DNA from: Eledone cirrhosa
Lineage: Eukaryota
DNA: 64,000 nucleotides
Reading direction: 5' to 3'
Assembly: GCA_964016885.1 (NCBI GenBank)
Contig: OZ024746.1
Span: forward strand, 39,432,001-39,496,000
The position numbers and the translations under genes were made by a program. This document shows positions 11,742 through 25,515 of this stretch, one piece after another; within the stretch, counting starts at the first letter, position 1; every line of letters starts with the position of its first letter. The notes under the pieces are model-generated. The model was not told where the DNA came from, did not search any database, and saw nothing but the letters and a program-made list of their open reading frames with translations.

Positions 11742-11900
11742 AATTAGCAGAGTTGTTAGAATTTCGGATGTAATGCTTTGTAGTAGTCGTTCCAACTCTC
11801 TGCTCTCTGAGTTCAAATTCCGCCGAAGTCAACTTTGTCTTTCATCCATTTAAGGTCGATAAAATAGTACCAGTTTAGTACTGAGTTCGATTATTCCTCT
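11742..11900 (+). mobile_element. tRNA-derived SINE, diverged
   Basis: B box GAGTTCAAATTC followed by the family body CGCCGAAGTCAACTTTG.CTTTCATCC...GTCGATAAAATAGTACCAG. Confidence 0.7.
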
Positions 11901-12145
11901 CCATCTCTTTCCTACTTCCTTTCTTTCATTCTTTATCCTTCTCTGGAAGAAATTTGTTGTATTCAGATCTGGAGAGGTCTGAGGTCAGCAGGAAACGCCG
12001 TATGTCAATATGGCGCCCAAACGACTCCCTCAATAGTTACAGCTTCATACATACAATGTTTAGTGTAATATCTGAAGTCAATTTCGTTGTTCCTCTTTCT
12101 ACAAAGTAGTGGTAATATAGCGGTATTGATTCAATTGAATATATC

Positions 12146-12148
<3 letters not shown>

Positions 12149-12201
<53 letters not shown>

Positions 12202-12202
12202 G

Positions 12203-12261
<59 letters not shown>
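12149..12261. repeat. (TA)n microsatellite
   Basis: Read directly. Confidence 0.95.
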
Positions 12262-12262
<1 letters not shown>

Positions 12263-15200
12263 AAATAAACCTGTACCAAATAAATAATAAAATGGTCTTA
12301 TCCTTGATCAAAATAACCATATTTTCCTATTTCTTTGATTTAAATTATTCTTACATTTTATAAACGCACAAACAGACACATACGATTGTGCAAAATAATA
12401 TGCATTTATGGTTAATTTGATCAAGTACAAGATAATTTACATACTCCAAAGATATAACTACTTGAATCATCTCTCCTATATAACAAAATTAGCTTTAAAA
12501 TTGAGCTTAGAACGAAGGATGAAACTAAATGTTACAAATTATTTTAACATAATTTTGGCCTCCTTCATAATTTACCTTTCTTTATCAAATATAATCATAA
12601 GATTATTAACATTATAACGACCACTAAGATAGTTTAGTTTTTATCTTAGTCAAGAGCTAAATTGATAGGCTCAAACCATTCACCATCGTCAGTTAACTTC
12701 TCATGAAATGTCTCTCATGAAAAGAGACCTTCTCAATCCTTATTTTTCATTTTTATTTCCGTCTTCAATGAAATCTGAAAGGAAAAATAAACTAAGTAGA
12801 TGGATGTAATCAGTAGATTTAATTTTGTCCATTATACAATCTCTTTTGCAACTGTTACTGAAGCACAATAATATTTATTACCCATCCGACCTTGGCGAAA
12901 GAATGCAGCTTAGCGTTGTGGTGTTTGGCTTGTGTGTCAGTCGATCTTTCATGTATTAACTTCATAAATATTGTCTTACTGGACAATGACCAAGCATACA
13001 AAGAATAAGTTTTCGGTTTTCGTTTTATACTGAACCCCCCCAACCTCAACTAGTTCAGAAATGAACTACAAGAAGAAACTGTTCTAAACTGGCAGAATCT
13101 CCACCATGTCTGCTGACTGCAATCGAAAATTAGAATGAACCGAGAAAACTCAATGGAATTATATTTTATGGTATTATACAAAGTACGAATGACCGTCTGA
13201 TATTTCAGATAAAAGTTGCGTAAGTTTGATGTAGTCAAGAGTAGAATATCATAAAATGTGGAATTAATAATTAAGACTATTATACATATGTTGATATGCT
13301 ATGACTAAATAATGTAGTTCATTGCTGTCGATATAGGAAACAATGTGGGCTATGCATATGTTGAATAAGATGTAAAGAGGGCCAACTTAGTATGAAAATT
13401 AATCTATTAGGTAAGGAACGACAACAAAAACTAACAACAAGAACGATAGCAACCAGTAATTATTTTAAAAATCTTCGATGTATTATGAATAATTTATCTT
13501 GAATTTGTATATCTTATATCCATATAGCTATCACCTTAAAACCAGAGACATAATATACGAGATTTATAGGAGATCATATTTCTTTCAAAAAGGTTCAAGT
13601 CAAGGGACATGACCACAACATATAACTGAAACTGACTTAGGTTCTCAGATCACTTGGAGTTGAATTCTGCTTTATGTAAATCGTCACCATTTTCAATCAT
13701 TGTGTAATTTAGACTTGGCCCAAAACCAAGTGTTATACCAAAGTGGGTTTACCTGATTGAATCGTTCTCAGTTTACTACTAAATGTGGTTCTATTGACTC
13801 AGGAAACATGAAATACGAAATCGATCCACTTGGGATATCAGTTAAGAAAATTAGTAAAGAAACAGTTATGATGAACTACAAGAGTTATCTGACTTTATAA
13901 AATATTCTTTAAATATGTATTTATGCATCACCTCATAATGGAGGATAGAAAATTATATCGATAGAAAATTATCAAAAGGGAAATATCAGTAGGGCTGATC
14001 ATATATTAATAAATTCTTCTGATCAAGAAAAGTAACGGATGTGATTCTTATGTTCTTGGATAAACTGCTTCTACATATTGGTAAAACTTACAATGTACTT
14101 ACTATGTATATGTTTTTACACGGGTGTATATTTTTAGACAACATATCCATAACAACATGTTGTATATATGTTGGTAATATGGGTATACATCAACTGAGAT
14201 CTATTTCTAAATTGTAAACGTCTATGTATGCTGCATTCACTTGCAGCTGTACACAGAAGTACACAACTTATAAACACCTTTACAGCAGATCCACAGACAC
14301 ATATACAGATATGCATATATCCTTCAAACAAACTGAAAGAGATAGATAGATAGAGAGAGAGGGAGAAAGAGAAAGAGAGAGAGAGAGAAAATTAAAAAAG
14401 TACATAGACAGTTAAGTAAACCTTTATAAACAAATATTTAGACAGATAGAAAATAAATACATGCATAAATTCAATAAAAGATAACACTAAAAGCAAATGT
14501 ATTCACAAAAATAAACGTGCATGTAATTAGAACTATACATAAACACATGCACACATACACACATACACATACATGCACACACGTATACACATGTATACAC
14601 ACTTACATACACGCGTGCGCTTAGAACCTGTTACAAACACAGAATATACGAGACAGATGTAAATAATTATTCTGAGAGAATTATTTAGACAGGATAACAT
14701 TTCAAATTATTGCAAGCCTGAGGAATCAGCAATATCAGAACATGAAAAAGACAAGTTTACTGAAATACAAAAAAATTATCACCATTTTGTTTTTTTCTTT
14801 TCTATTTTCTGATGACTATTTTATTCTTGAACACTACATATCATATTTCACTCCATCTTCTCCATTTCTGATAATTATGCCATATTAATATTTCTCTTTT
14901 TTCCTCTTTGAAGCTATATTACAACAATACCACCACCACTACTAACATCAACAACAACAACAACAACCATTCTACTGGATTACTCGACTTGCTAGAAAGA
15001 GTTGTTAACTCTTCACCAAACAACACAAGAGAGAGTTCAAAATTTCAAACATTTAAGTAAAAGGATGATGACTTAAATATTGTAGGAAATCAAGTGTATT
15101 TCTACTTAGTTCATTGTTCATTCTTCTTTACCAATTGTAATTGTATTCTGAATAACATATGAAATAATTAGTTACAGTTTTCAATTTCATTTCTTTATGT

Positions 15201-15838
15201 TCTTCCATAACAAAATACCAACACCTTTACCAAGGGCGTTGGACATACGATCATAATGTCGTTGTGTTCTTGAGCAAAACGTTTCATGTTGCTCCTGTAT
15301 ACTCAGCTGAAAATGAGCAATAGCTGGGGTTTTTAACCTGCAATGGACTGGCGTCCTGTTCAGGGTTACGTCTTGTTCTCTCCCTCGCTTCACGCTAGGA
15401 AACCGGGATAAGTACCGGCATAACGAGCCTTCTGGCTTAAGACAGATTTTAGAATTTTAGACATAACAAAATGCAAGATTCGTTTTTTAATTATACTTTA
15501 AATAGTATGGTAAAGATATTGGAAATTGGTTTAATGGATCTAAGGGCTGATAGTCTAAAATATTTGGAAACCCCCGAATTAGAAACTAGCACCTACAAAA
15601 TCTCTAAGCCAAACTTTCTCTAATATTAACGGTATATATATATATGTATTGAAATTTCCGTAGAAAACAGAAAAGGTCATATATATATATATATATATAT
15701 ATATGTAGATAAATCTACCAAGAGTTTACGGTAGTGTCCAATCCGTATGAAGAACTCAATGTATTCCGGATATCATGGAAAGAAGAGATGTAATGAAAAT
15801 CCACTTTCGGTGAAAGATAAACGGTATACAGAGTCAAG

Positions 15839-16818
15839 ATAAAATATTAAACAAATAATGAACAAACAATTCCTTATATTAAACAAAAAAAGTTCACTAT
15901 TTAACGATCGTTTCTAGGGCATATATGTGTTATAATTGGTATGCATATTTAACAGATCTATGTACAAAATTATACAAAATTATGCAAATTATCAAGATTA
16001 AATATACATACCTAACTCATATATACGCCGTCTTCAGAAATAATGAAGTATATTTATTGATAATAACAACAATTCAAAATATCAGTTCAAAATTGACCAA
16101 TGAAAACACAAAGGGTTAAAAGCAGTTTGGTGTGTGTATATACATGTAAAAACCTTACACATATTTTACAATAATGTGTGTATAATTTGTATGTGCATAC
16201 TAAAAAGATGGATGCAAACACAAAATTTCAAGGTTAATATCTCTGTAAGCTTAATGCGCTGATAAGATACGCAATGATACTTATGGAGTCAAGCATATAA
16301 ATATATTTTTTTCATACTCACACATATCAGTATAATCACACATACATGTGCGTATATGCATAAATATACACATAACCACGAACATACAAACACACACACT
16401 CCCCCACTCACATTTATATATGTGGATATAAAATCATAAGCAAATAGAAATTAAGTCACTCACATAAAACACTGGCACACACAATTCAAGATCAAGATAC
16501 AGAAATTAGGTGGGAGGGGGGGGGGGGGAGGGGTCAGTATTAGATTGTCAGACCAGACTGCCTAATATAAATGTATCTATAAATTAAGAAAAATAAAAAA
16601 ATAAAAACAATAAAATATAATAAATATAATATAATGTACATACACATACAGATATACATACACATACATACATGTACGCGCACATAGAGATATTTACACA
16701 TACATACATACACACATACCTATACAGTCATACACACACATACATTTACACGAACATACACATACACATATAAAAAGATATAAATACACACACACACACG
16801 CGCAACACATACACACAT

Positions 16819-16867
<49 letters not shown>

Positions 16868-17012
16868 TAGACTCATATATATATATATACATATACATAT
16901 ATATATATAAACATATATATCCACACACTCATACCACCATAAATACACATACAAACACCCACATGTATATATACATATATATACATATATATCCACATAC
17001 ACACACGTACAC

Positions 17013-17043
<31 letters not shown>

Positions 17044-17149
17044 CACATATATATATACGCACACATAAAAAACAGACATGCACATATATATATATATATA
17101 TATATATTTCATTACTCTTATATATACACATAGTATATATACATACACA
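15839..17149. repeat. Left arm of 1.3-kb near-perfect inverted repeat
   Basis: Reverse complement of 20548-21862; the ORF track gives an identical 64-aa peptide at 15925+ and 21582-. Confidence 0.95.
15893..16047 (-). ncRNA. Type I hammerhead ribozyme motif, extended stem II
   Basis: Reverse complement of 21654-21808. Confidence 0.75.
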
Positions 17150-17207
17150 ACCTCACTTATACACATATACACATAAGTTATATTACAATAATAATAAAGA
17201 ATAATAT

Positions 17208-17240
<33 letters not shown>

Positions 17241-17350
17241 CATATATATATATATATACATACATACATACACATACATACATACACATAAATATATACA
17301 TACATAAATACACACATACGAATAAAGACATATATTCACACATAGACACC

Positions 17351-17382
<32 letters not shown>

Positions 17383-17384
17383 TC

Positions 17385-17432
<48 letters not shown>

Positions 17433-19177
17433 CACACACACACACACACACAGACACACATACACACTCACACATATATATATATATATGTGTATGTGAG
17501 TGTGCGCAAATACACATATATATACACACACACATACAAACACACACAAACACATACATATGCATACGTGCACACACACACACATATATCACATAGATAC
17601 GAAGATAAACATATAAATAGAGAGACATACAAATATATACAGAACCCATATACACATACATACAAACACGCATATACATATACATACATATATACACATA
17701 TATATATTCCTATATACAAGCATACACATACATACACATATATACATATACATACACATATACATACCACACATTCACATACACATACATATATAATACA
17801 TATATATACATATATATACATACATATGTATGTACAATCATATATACACACTCAATCTTACATTCATATTAACATGCTCATATATGTATTTTTATATTTA
17901 GAAATAAATACCAAAACCTATATAGACACCCACCTACACATATATTCATACATATACGCTTACAAAAACAGATGATAATAGTATGGGGGAAAGGGGGGGT
18001 TTGGAGAAGGGGATCAAAGTAAATATATGTTTCAAGAAACATATAATATTTTCCGTATCTTAATTCAATGTATGTTCTTACATATTTTCAGTGCTAGGAA
18101 ATACGAAATCTATGCATCTCAAAATAAAAAAGTATACCATTAATCATATGTTAACTAAACCAAAGATAGTCAACATATTGATTTCCAAGGTGTAAATTAG
18201 TTAGGTTTATAATATTTGAAGCAGAATTATGAAGTCAAACAGTAGTAGATTATTAATTACATTATAACTAAATTAAAGTTAATAACGTTATGGTATCAAT
18301 ATTAGGAGATGAATTTAGTAATAGGGAAAAGAAACCCAAATAAAAATAAAATAAAGTATTACATCGGTAGTAGCATATAAATTATATGTTAACTAAATTA
18401 AAAATTATATATTTATTTCAATAGTATACGTTAATTAGTATATGTTAAATAGGTATACAATACATAAAGCAGATATTGTATTTCATCAATAGCATAATAT
18501 AATTATATGCAAATAAAAATCAAAATTAATACGCATACATATACATATACATACACATACACATATATATACATATACACACATATATATATATATATAT
18601 ACACATATATACACATATATACATATATACTCACATAAACATACATACAGATACACATACACAACACACACATATACATATACATATAGATATACATATC
18701 TTTTTCAAAAAATTGCACAGAATATATTAACTAGGTATATATCCAAAACACATCCCATTCTATGATTACATGACATTCTGCAATTCGTCTGTACAAGGAT
18801 ACTAATTTTAAGCAAATTAAAATTAAAGTTTTAGGTTGATTAAAACTAAAACCAAATAATAAATATATTTCCAAAATGTATATTAATTAGGTCTATAATA
18901 CTAAAAATTCTTTCTCCGTCATTGGATACATGATATTATTTTGTTATATTTTATCTGTAAAAGAATTATAATAAAAAAAAAAAAAAATTATAATAAAAGG
19001 TTAAAATAAATTAAAATTAATCTATAAATTAAATTACTGAGTATATATTAGTAATATTTAAAGGTTTTTCAAAATTTATGATTACATAATATTTTCTCAT
19101 CTGTAATAAAATATTAATTAAATTAAATTTATAGGTTAACTAACATTTAAATTAAATTAAATTCTAGAATAATGTTA

Positions 19178-20548
19178 TTAATTAGGTTTATAATATTTAA
19201 ATGTTTTTTTTAGTTTATGATTACACGATATAATTAATTCCTGTCTTTTATTTAATAAGATATCCCTAGACCTCATTATTTCAAATAGTTCTTGGGAACA
19301 TAATCTACATTCCTTTCTATTATTTTGATAAGGGGTGGCTCTTTTGAGCACACTCAAGGTCAAATCATATTTTATATTTTTATTTTTATAACTATTGATT
19401 TTTTCTGCTAGAGATGTTGTATTAGCCAGTGCGGCATTTTTAAAGCTATGTTTGTGGGTATTATACCTTGTCTTAAAATTGTTAGAGGTAGCTCCTATAT
19501 ATGAGCAAATAGAATCTTTAGTTTTAACATTACATTTATAGACTATGTTGTTAACAAGACAATTCCCTTTTAATGGGCAGTTTGTTTTGTTTCTACAGTT
19601 ACATCCTTTCGTTAATTCTGTATTTGAGGAGATATTATTGTTAATTTGATGTACTGGTGGTATACTTATGGTTTTCTTACATTTATATGCATTATATGCA
19701 CTTATATTTTGTTTTATGTTATTTGTTGTAGAGTATGAGAATTTAACTGTAGACCTATTTAAGATTTGATGGTATTTGTGGTTTGGCGGGAAGTTTTTCT
19801 CAAGGATATAAAAAAATTTTTTAGCAATATTATCCTTAACTTGTAAATTAAAAGGAGCATTATACCAAGTAACTCGTCTATTACGGTTTCTATGTTGTTT
19901 ATTATTTTTATTATTTTTATATGTTGTATCATGATTTTTACTAGGAGGATTAATGTTAATGATCTCACCACAACTATTTTTAGTTATATTTGTAGATTTA
20001 GGTGTTTTATCTTTTTTATTAGGAGTTTTATTATTAATATTTATTATAGTTGTATGATGAGTAGTTTTTTGAGGGTTACTATACTTTATATTAGAAGATT
20101 TAGTATTTTGGGGTATACTGTGGGTGGCATTTAGGTGTGTACTTTTCATTTGGTGTTTGTTGGTAATATTATGCTGTATGCTTTCAGTATTTTTAGTAGA
20201 AGGTATATACTCTAATCTATTTTTGTGGCCACTTCTATCTAGAGCTTCATTATAAAAGGTCGCATTTTTATCAAATACATCTTGGTTAGAAGAAAGGTTA
20301 GAAATTCTAAGTGATATATTATATGCAAGGTTTTTAAGGATAGATTTAGGGTGATTAGATTGTGAGTGTATGTAATGTAAGTTTTGGTTAGGTTTATGGT
20401 AAGGTTGGTATATACCCGTAGCTAAATCTAAAGTTATATCTAGGAAATTTACTACTTTACTTGTTTTTTCAAAAGTAATATTAAGATTATAATAGTCTTT
20501 AAGGAAAGTTCTAATATGCTTTTTGTTTTTTTCGATTTCTGAAAGGCT
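19178..20548 (-). CDS. Penelope-like polyprotein, 5'-truncated: RT thumb, linker, CxCx5C finger, GIY-YIG endonuclease
   Basis: The frame stays open upstream of the track ATG: ...[24 protein letters not shown]...[13 protein letters not shown]...; then [28 protein letters not shown]...YIG, CRLC, CNH. Confidence 0.9.
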   Translation of the reverse strand, partial: SLSEIEKNKKHIRTFLKDYYNLNITFEKTSKVVNFLDITLDLATGIYQPYHKPNQNLHYIHSQSNHPKSILKNLAYNISLRISNLSSNQDVFDKNATFYNEALDRSGHKNRLEYIPSTKNTESIQHNITNKHQMKSTHLNATHSIPQNTKSSNIKYSNPQKTTHHTTIININNKTPNKKDKTPKSTNITKNSCGEIININPPSKNHDTTYKNNKNNKQHRNRNRRVTWYNAPFNLQVKDNIAKKFFYILEKNFPPNHKYHQILNRSTVKFSYSTTNNIKQNISAYNAYKCKKTISIPPVHQINNNISSNTELTKGCNCRNKTNCPLKGNCLVNNIVYKCNVKTKDSICSYIGATSNNFKTRYNTHKHSFKNAALANTTSLAEKINSYKNKNIKYDLTLSVLKRATPYQNNRKECRLCSQELFEIMRSRDILLNKRQELIISCNHKLKKTFKYYKPN

Positions 20549-20653
20549 GTGTATGTATATATACTATGTGTATATATAAGAGTAATGAAATATATATATA
20601 TATATATATATATGTGCATGTCTGTTTTTTATGTGTGCGTATATATATATGTG

Positions 20654-20684
<31 letters not shown>

Positions 20685-20829
20685 GTGTACGTGTGTGTAT
20701 GTGGATATATATGTATATATATGTATATATACATGTGGGTGTTTGTATGTGTATTTATGGTGGTATGAGTGTGTGGATATATATGTTTATATATATATAT
20801 GTATATGTATATATATATATATGAGTCTA

Positions 20830-20882
<53 letters not shown>

Positions 20883-21862
20883 ATGTGTGTATGTGTTGCG
20901 CGTGTGTGTGTGTGTATTTATATCTTTTTATATGTGTATGTGTATGTTCGTGTAAATGTATGTGTGTGTATGACTGTATAGGTATGTGTGTATGTATGTA
21001 TGTGTAAATATCTCTATGTGCGCGTACATGTATGTATGTGTATGTATATCTGTATGTGTATGTACATTATATTATATTTATTATATTTTATTGTTTTTAT
21101 TTTTTTATTTTTCTTAATTTATAGATACATTTATATTAGGCAGTCTGGTCTGACAATCTAATACTGACCCCTCCCCCCCCCCCCCTCCCACCTAATTTCT
21201 GTATCTTGATCTTGAATTGTGTGTGCCAGTGTTTTATGTGAGTGACTTAATTTCTATTTGCTTATGATTTTATATCCACATATATAAATGTGAGTGGGGG
21301 AGTGTGTGTGTTTGTATGTTCGTGGTTATGTGTATATTTATGCATATACGCACATGTATGTGTGATTATACTGATATGTGTGAGTATGAAAAAAATATAT
21401 TTATATGCTTGACTCCATAAGTATCATTGCGTATCTTATCAGCGCATTAAGCTTACAGAGATATTAACCTTGAAATTTTGTGTTTGCATCCATCTTTTTA
21501 GTATGCACATACAAATTATACACACATTATTGTAAAATATGTGTAAGGTTTTTACATGTATATACACACACCAAACTGCTTTTAACCCTTTGTGTTTTCA
21601 TTGGTCAATTTTGAACTGATATTTTGAATTGTTGTTATTATCAATAAATATACTTCATTATTTCTGAAGACGGCGTATATATGAGTTAGGTATGTATATT
21701 TAATCTTGATAATTTGCATAATTTTGTATAATTTTGTACATAGATCTGTTAAATATGCATACCAATTATAACACATATATGCCCTAGAAACGATCGTTAA
21801 ATAGTGAACTTTTTTTGTTTAATATAAGGAATTGTTTGTTCATTATTTGTTTAATATTTTAT
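20548..21862. repeat. Right arm of inverted repeat (inverted pLTR)
   Basis: Reverse complement of 15839-17149; joins the truncated ORF at AGG(C/T)TGTG microhomology. Confidence 0.95.
21654..21808 (+). ncRNA. Type I hammerhead ribozyme motif, extended stem II
   Basis: Stem I TTCATTATTT/AAATAGTGAA; CTGAAGA 21664-21670; 116-nt stem II; GAAA 21787-21790; ACGATCGT palindrome; GTT triplet. Confidence 0.75.
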
Positions 21863-21884
21863 ATATATATATATATATATAAAC

Positions 21885-21916
<32 letters not shown>

Positions 21917-21918
<2 letters not shown>

Positions 21919-22328
21919 AGGGCCTTGTTTCAGGGGGGTACCAGGCACAAGCCCCCCCCCCCCCCACTTTCTCAGAAACGGTAATCAAACAAAGAAAAGA
22001 CCACTAACAAGTCATACATGTGTATGATACATATTTTTACATGTTTATTTATGTTCATATATTTATATGTATTGAATTTTGTTCGTTCGATATTTACATC
22101 CATTTGCTAAAAATTAAAAAAAAATTTTTATTTGATGTAATAAATTCCTTTTAAGCTTATTTTTTATATCTGAACTTCATTTGAATATATAAAATTTAAT
22201 TAGCGTAAAATTTTACGTATGTGATAGGGTCCGGAAAAGGCACCATAAGCAATACTAACATGCTCTTTTAAGAATCAATAAATGTTGGTTTGTCCCCCTC
22301 ACATTTTTAAGGCAAACGAGGCGTCTGT
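21917..22328. mobile_element. MITE-like DNA element in (TA)n
   Basis: Imperfect TIRs CAAGGGCCTTGTTT ... AAACGAGGCGTCTG with TA repeats on both sides. Confidence 0.55.
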
Positions 22329-24352
22329 ATATATATATACACACACACATACACACACACACACATACACACACATACACACACACATATATATATATAC
22401 ACACACATATATATTCATATATATATATATAAACAAAAATGATAATTTCTTAGATAAATGAAAGGCATAAGATTTATAGAATGGAACATCTATCTGATGA
22501 AGCTTTCAAGCTTTTCTAAATAGCCTTAATGGAGCAGTGAAGAAAAATGTCTTTAACATGTCTTCAACGGAATATCAAAACTGGGTTGCAAACTTACTTA
22601 CCCCATACTCTGTATCGTTAAAGACAAGAATATACAGTCATATGTATATGATGATAATTGGATCGCTTATATAGATGTTTCCGATCTAACCAACCGCTGT
22701 TAATTTACAAAGAAAAGGTCAAGTGAAAATACCAAACTGGGAGATGATTACGTGTAAGAAAGTAAGAAAATCTAAAGCAGCCACAGGCCAGTAAATGTGA
22801 TATAAAATGTCTAGACCACAATTTTGCTCGAAGTTAATTTAATCAATGTATATATATATGAAACTCTGAAAGAGATATTCTGTGATTAAACTTTCTTATT
22901 CGAGGTGAGTCAAAAGGGCAGAATATTCTGAAATAGATGGACAGTAGATTAGTTACTCAGTAAGCAAGAGAAATTCTTGTGAAATGAATAAATTCTTTTC
23001 ACTCGTCCAATTCGTATTTCTGTTTTCTTTCACTACGATAACCTTGGTTGCGTTTTAATGTTTTAAGATTGTTGAAAATTTAACGAAACTATTTAGTGGT
23101 TTCTGATATATTAGAATGGGACTGTTTATCTTTAACATGTTTATTGTTGTTATTTAACTCCAGGGCTGGATCGAGCAGACCTTTATTAAAGACACTCCAG
23201 TCGTGATCAGCCCGCATATTTTACAAATAGAGTTATCCAATATGTTTTCCTTTTTATTTTCAAAGAGGGTAGGGTTTGGCTGCTATTTCCTATAGGTCAC
23301 ACAATCCGCAATTATAGAGATTTAGTCACTGACTCGCTAACATGTTGGTTTTATCTGTTTACGATTTACAAACATATCTTTATTTTTAATACAGAAGCTT
23401 GACGTATGGAGCTAATACCATAAACGAATAACATTGTTGAATGAATTTCTACGAAAACTGAAATACCAGAGTTTTATGTGACAAGCAAGCTCTTTAACTG
23501 ACATATTACTGCTATTCAGAGGGGAAAACTTTAAGCGGGAACTTTAAGCGAGTTATGGCCAGTTTTATTGATCTTTATCCCTACCACTAGTTTCAATATG
23601 GATTTGACTAACAAGAAGGCTTCGGCTCACTCTCTTTGGAGTCATAAACCTATATTGTAAATTTAGTTTTTAGTATTGTGGTTTGATGATTCATTTTAAT
23701 TATAAAACCCGGGAAAAAGTGTACTCTCATGTGGAATAATAGATACTCTGTAAGAACAATGTTTCTAAACTCATGTTACTCAAAGAATGATTGGCCCAAC
23801 AAGGAATAATCGAATAGTTAAGTTAGTGTTAATTGTTAGCGTTAACATATTTAATGTAATGAACAGAAGAAATCTAATTAGAAATATACGTGGTTTCCGG
23901 AGGTACTTAACTATTATTTATCATATGGATTGCATCCCTGAATTAATCTCAGTGATTTCTTTTTGTTTAAATATACAAATTCTTAACCTCGTTACTCATT
24001 TATAATGACATGCATTTATTTAGTGATTATACCATTACCACTTAAGTAAGTACGGTGAAGTGTATGTATGCTTCCCCGAGAAGGTCAAATAAGATCGAAA
24101 CATGTTCAGAATTTTCTCCCGTACTTGTTGAAATGATGAAGATAATATGAATCACAGAGCCAATATCGTCTTTTCCTCACCACATAATAATTTGCAGTTC
24201 GATTTTCAATGCTCACTCTATTAAGTATAACTCTAGCTTGATTATTGTTAATTTTTCATTCGAATAGCATATTTTTGTAATTAATATCCTCGATTTGTTA
24301 ACAAAAATATCTTCGCCTTTGTATGTTGCTTCCTTTGGTAACAGATTTTCTT

Positions 24353-24598
<246 letters not shown>

Positions 24599-24832
24599 GT
24601 AAAAAGAGTGAGAAATTAATTGGATGTTTATTAATTGGATGCTAGGATTAAACTAATATCTATCACGGACACAACGCCATCAACTTCCGGACCCTACTTC
24701 CGTTTTCCTCTTGCCATTCCTTTTAGATAGTTCTTTATTGATATAGTTGTTGTCAGTCAATCAACTGTCACTCCTTGAAAACTTTCAACTGGAAATGCTA
24801 TGTAAATTCCTTTTTCAATCTATTTGGCTGAT

Positions 24833-25280
24833 ATATAAAATAACTTTTACTCTCACTCCCACAATACCTCTGGTTACTAGTTTCTTTCTTATAGCGACTT
24901 CTTGTCTTTCTATTTTTCTCTTCTTTTCTCTTTCTCGTACCTCTATATAAAATAACTTTTACTCTCACTCCCACAATACCTCTGGTTACTAGTTTCTTTC
25001 TTATAGCGACTTCTTGTCTTTCTATTTTTCTCTTCTTTTCTCTTTCTCGTACCTCTATATAAAATAACTTTTACTCTCACTCCCACAATACCTCTAGTTA
25101 CTAGTTTCTTTCTTATAGCGACTTCTTGTCTTTCTATTTTTCTCTTCTTTTCTCTTTCTCGTACCTCTATATAAAATAACTTTTACTCTCACTCCCACAA
25201 TACCTCTGGTTACTAGTTTCTTTCTTATAGCGACTTCTTGTCTTTCTATTTTTCTCTTCTTTTCTCTTTCTCGTACCTCT
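24833..25280. repeat. 112-bp tandem repeat, 4 near-identical copies
   Basis: TAACTTTTACTCTCACTCCCACAATACC at 24841, 24953, 25065, 25177. Confidence 0.95.
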
Positions 25281-25364
25281 CTCTGGGACTTTATTTTGTT
25301 TCTATCCATCACCTACATAGACGCTTGCCATTCTCTTTTTTTCTATTTCTTTATACATTTATTC

Positions 25365-25515
25365 AGGCGGCTAATTGGCAGAGTCGTTAGAACGTCGGAA
25401 TGCTTTATGTTATTCGTTCCGGCTCTCTGAGTTCAAATCCCACCGAGATCAACTTTGCTTTTCATCCTTTCGAGATCGATAAAAAAAGTACCAGTCTAGT
25501 ATTGGTGTCGATTTT
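25365..25515 (+). mobile_element. tRNA-derived SINE
   Basis: A box TGGCAGAGTCGT, B box GAGTTCAAATCC, family body. Confidence 0.75.

Larger units (their letters stand above)
15704..21862 (-). mobile_element. Penelope-like element (Naiad-type), 5'-truncated, with inverted pLTR
   Basis: Minus-strand RT-thumb/GIY-YIG ORF, 3.5-kb 3' region ending at 15704, inverted copy of 15839-17149 at 20548-21862; (TA)n at both ends. Confidence 0.9.

Noticed and set aside
15627-21900. AACGGTATATATATATAT on both sides of the inverted Penelope element as a target-site duplication
   Set aside because: Mostly low complexity, not adjacent to the left end, and AAACGGTATA also occurs inside the element.
24070-24115. 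CCCGAGAAGGTC...GATCGAAACATGTT as a minimal Penelope hammerhead
   Set aside because: Core is degenerate and stem I is unconvincing; at best a dead remnant.
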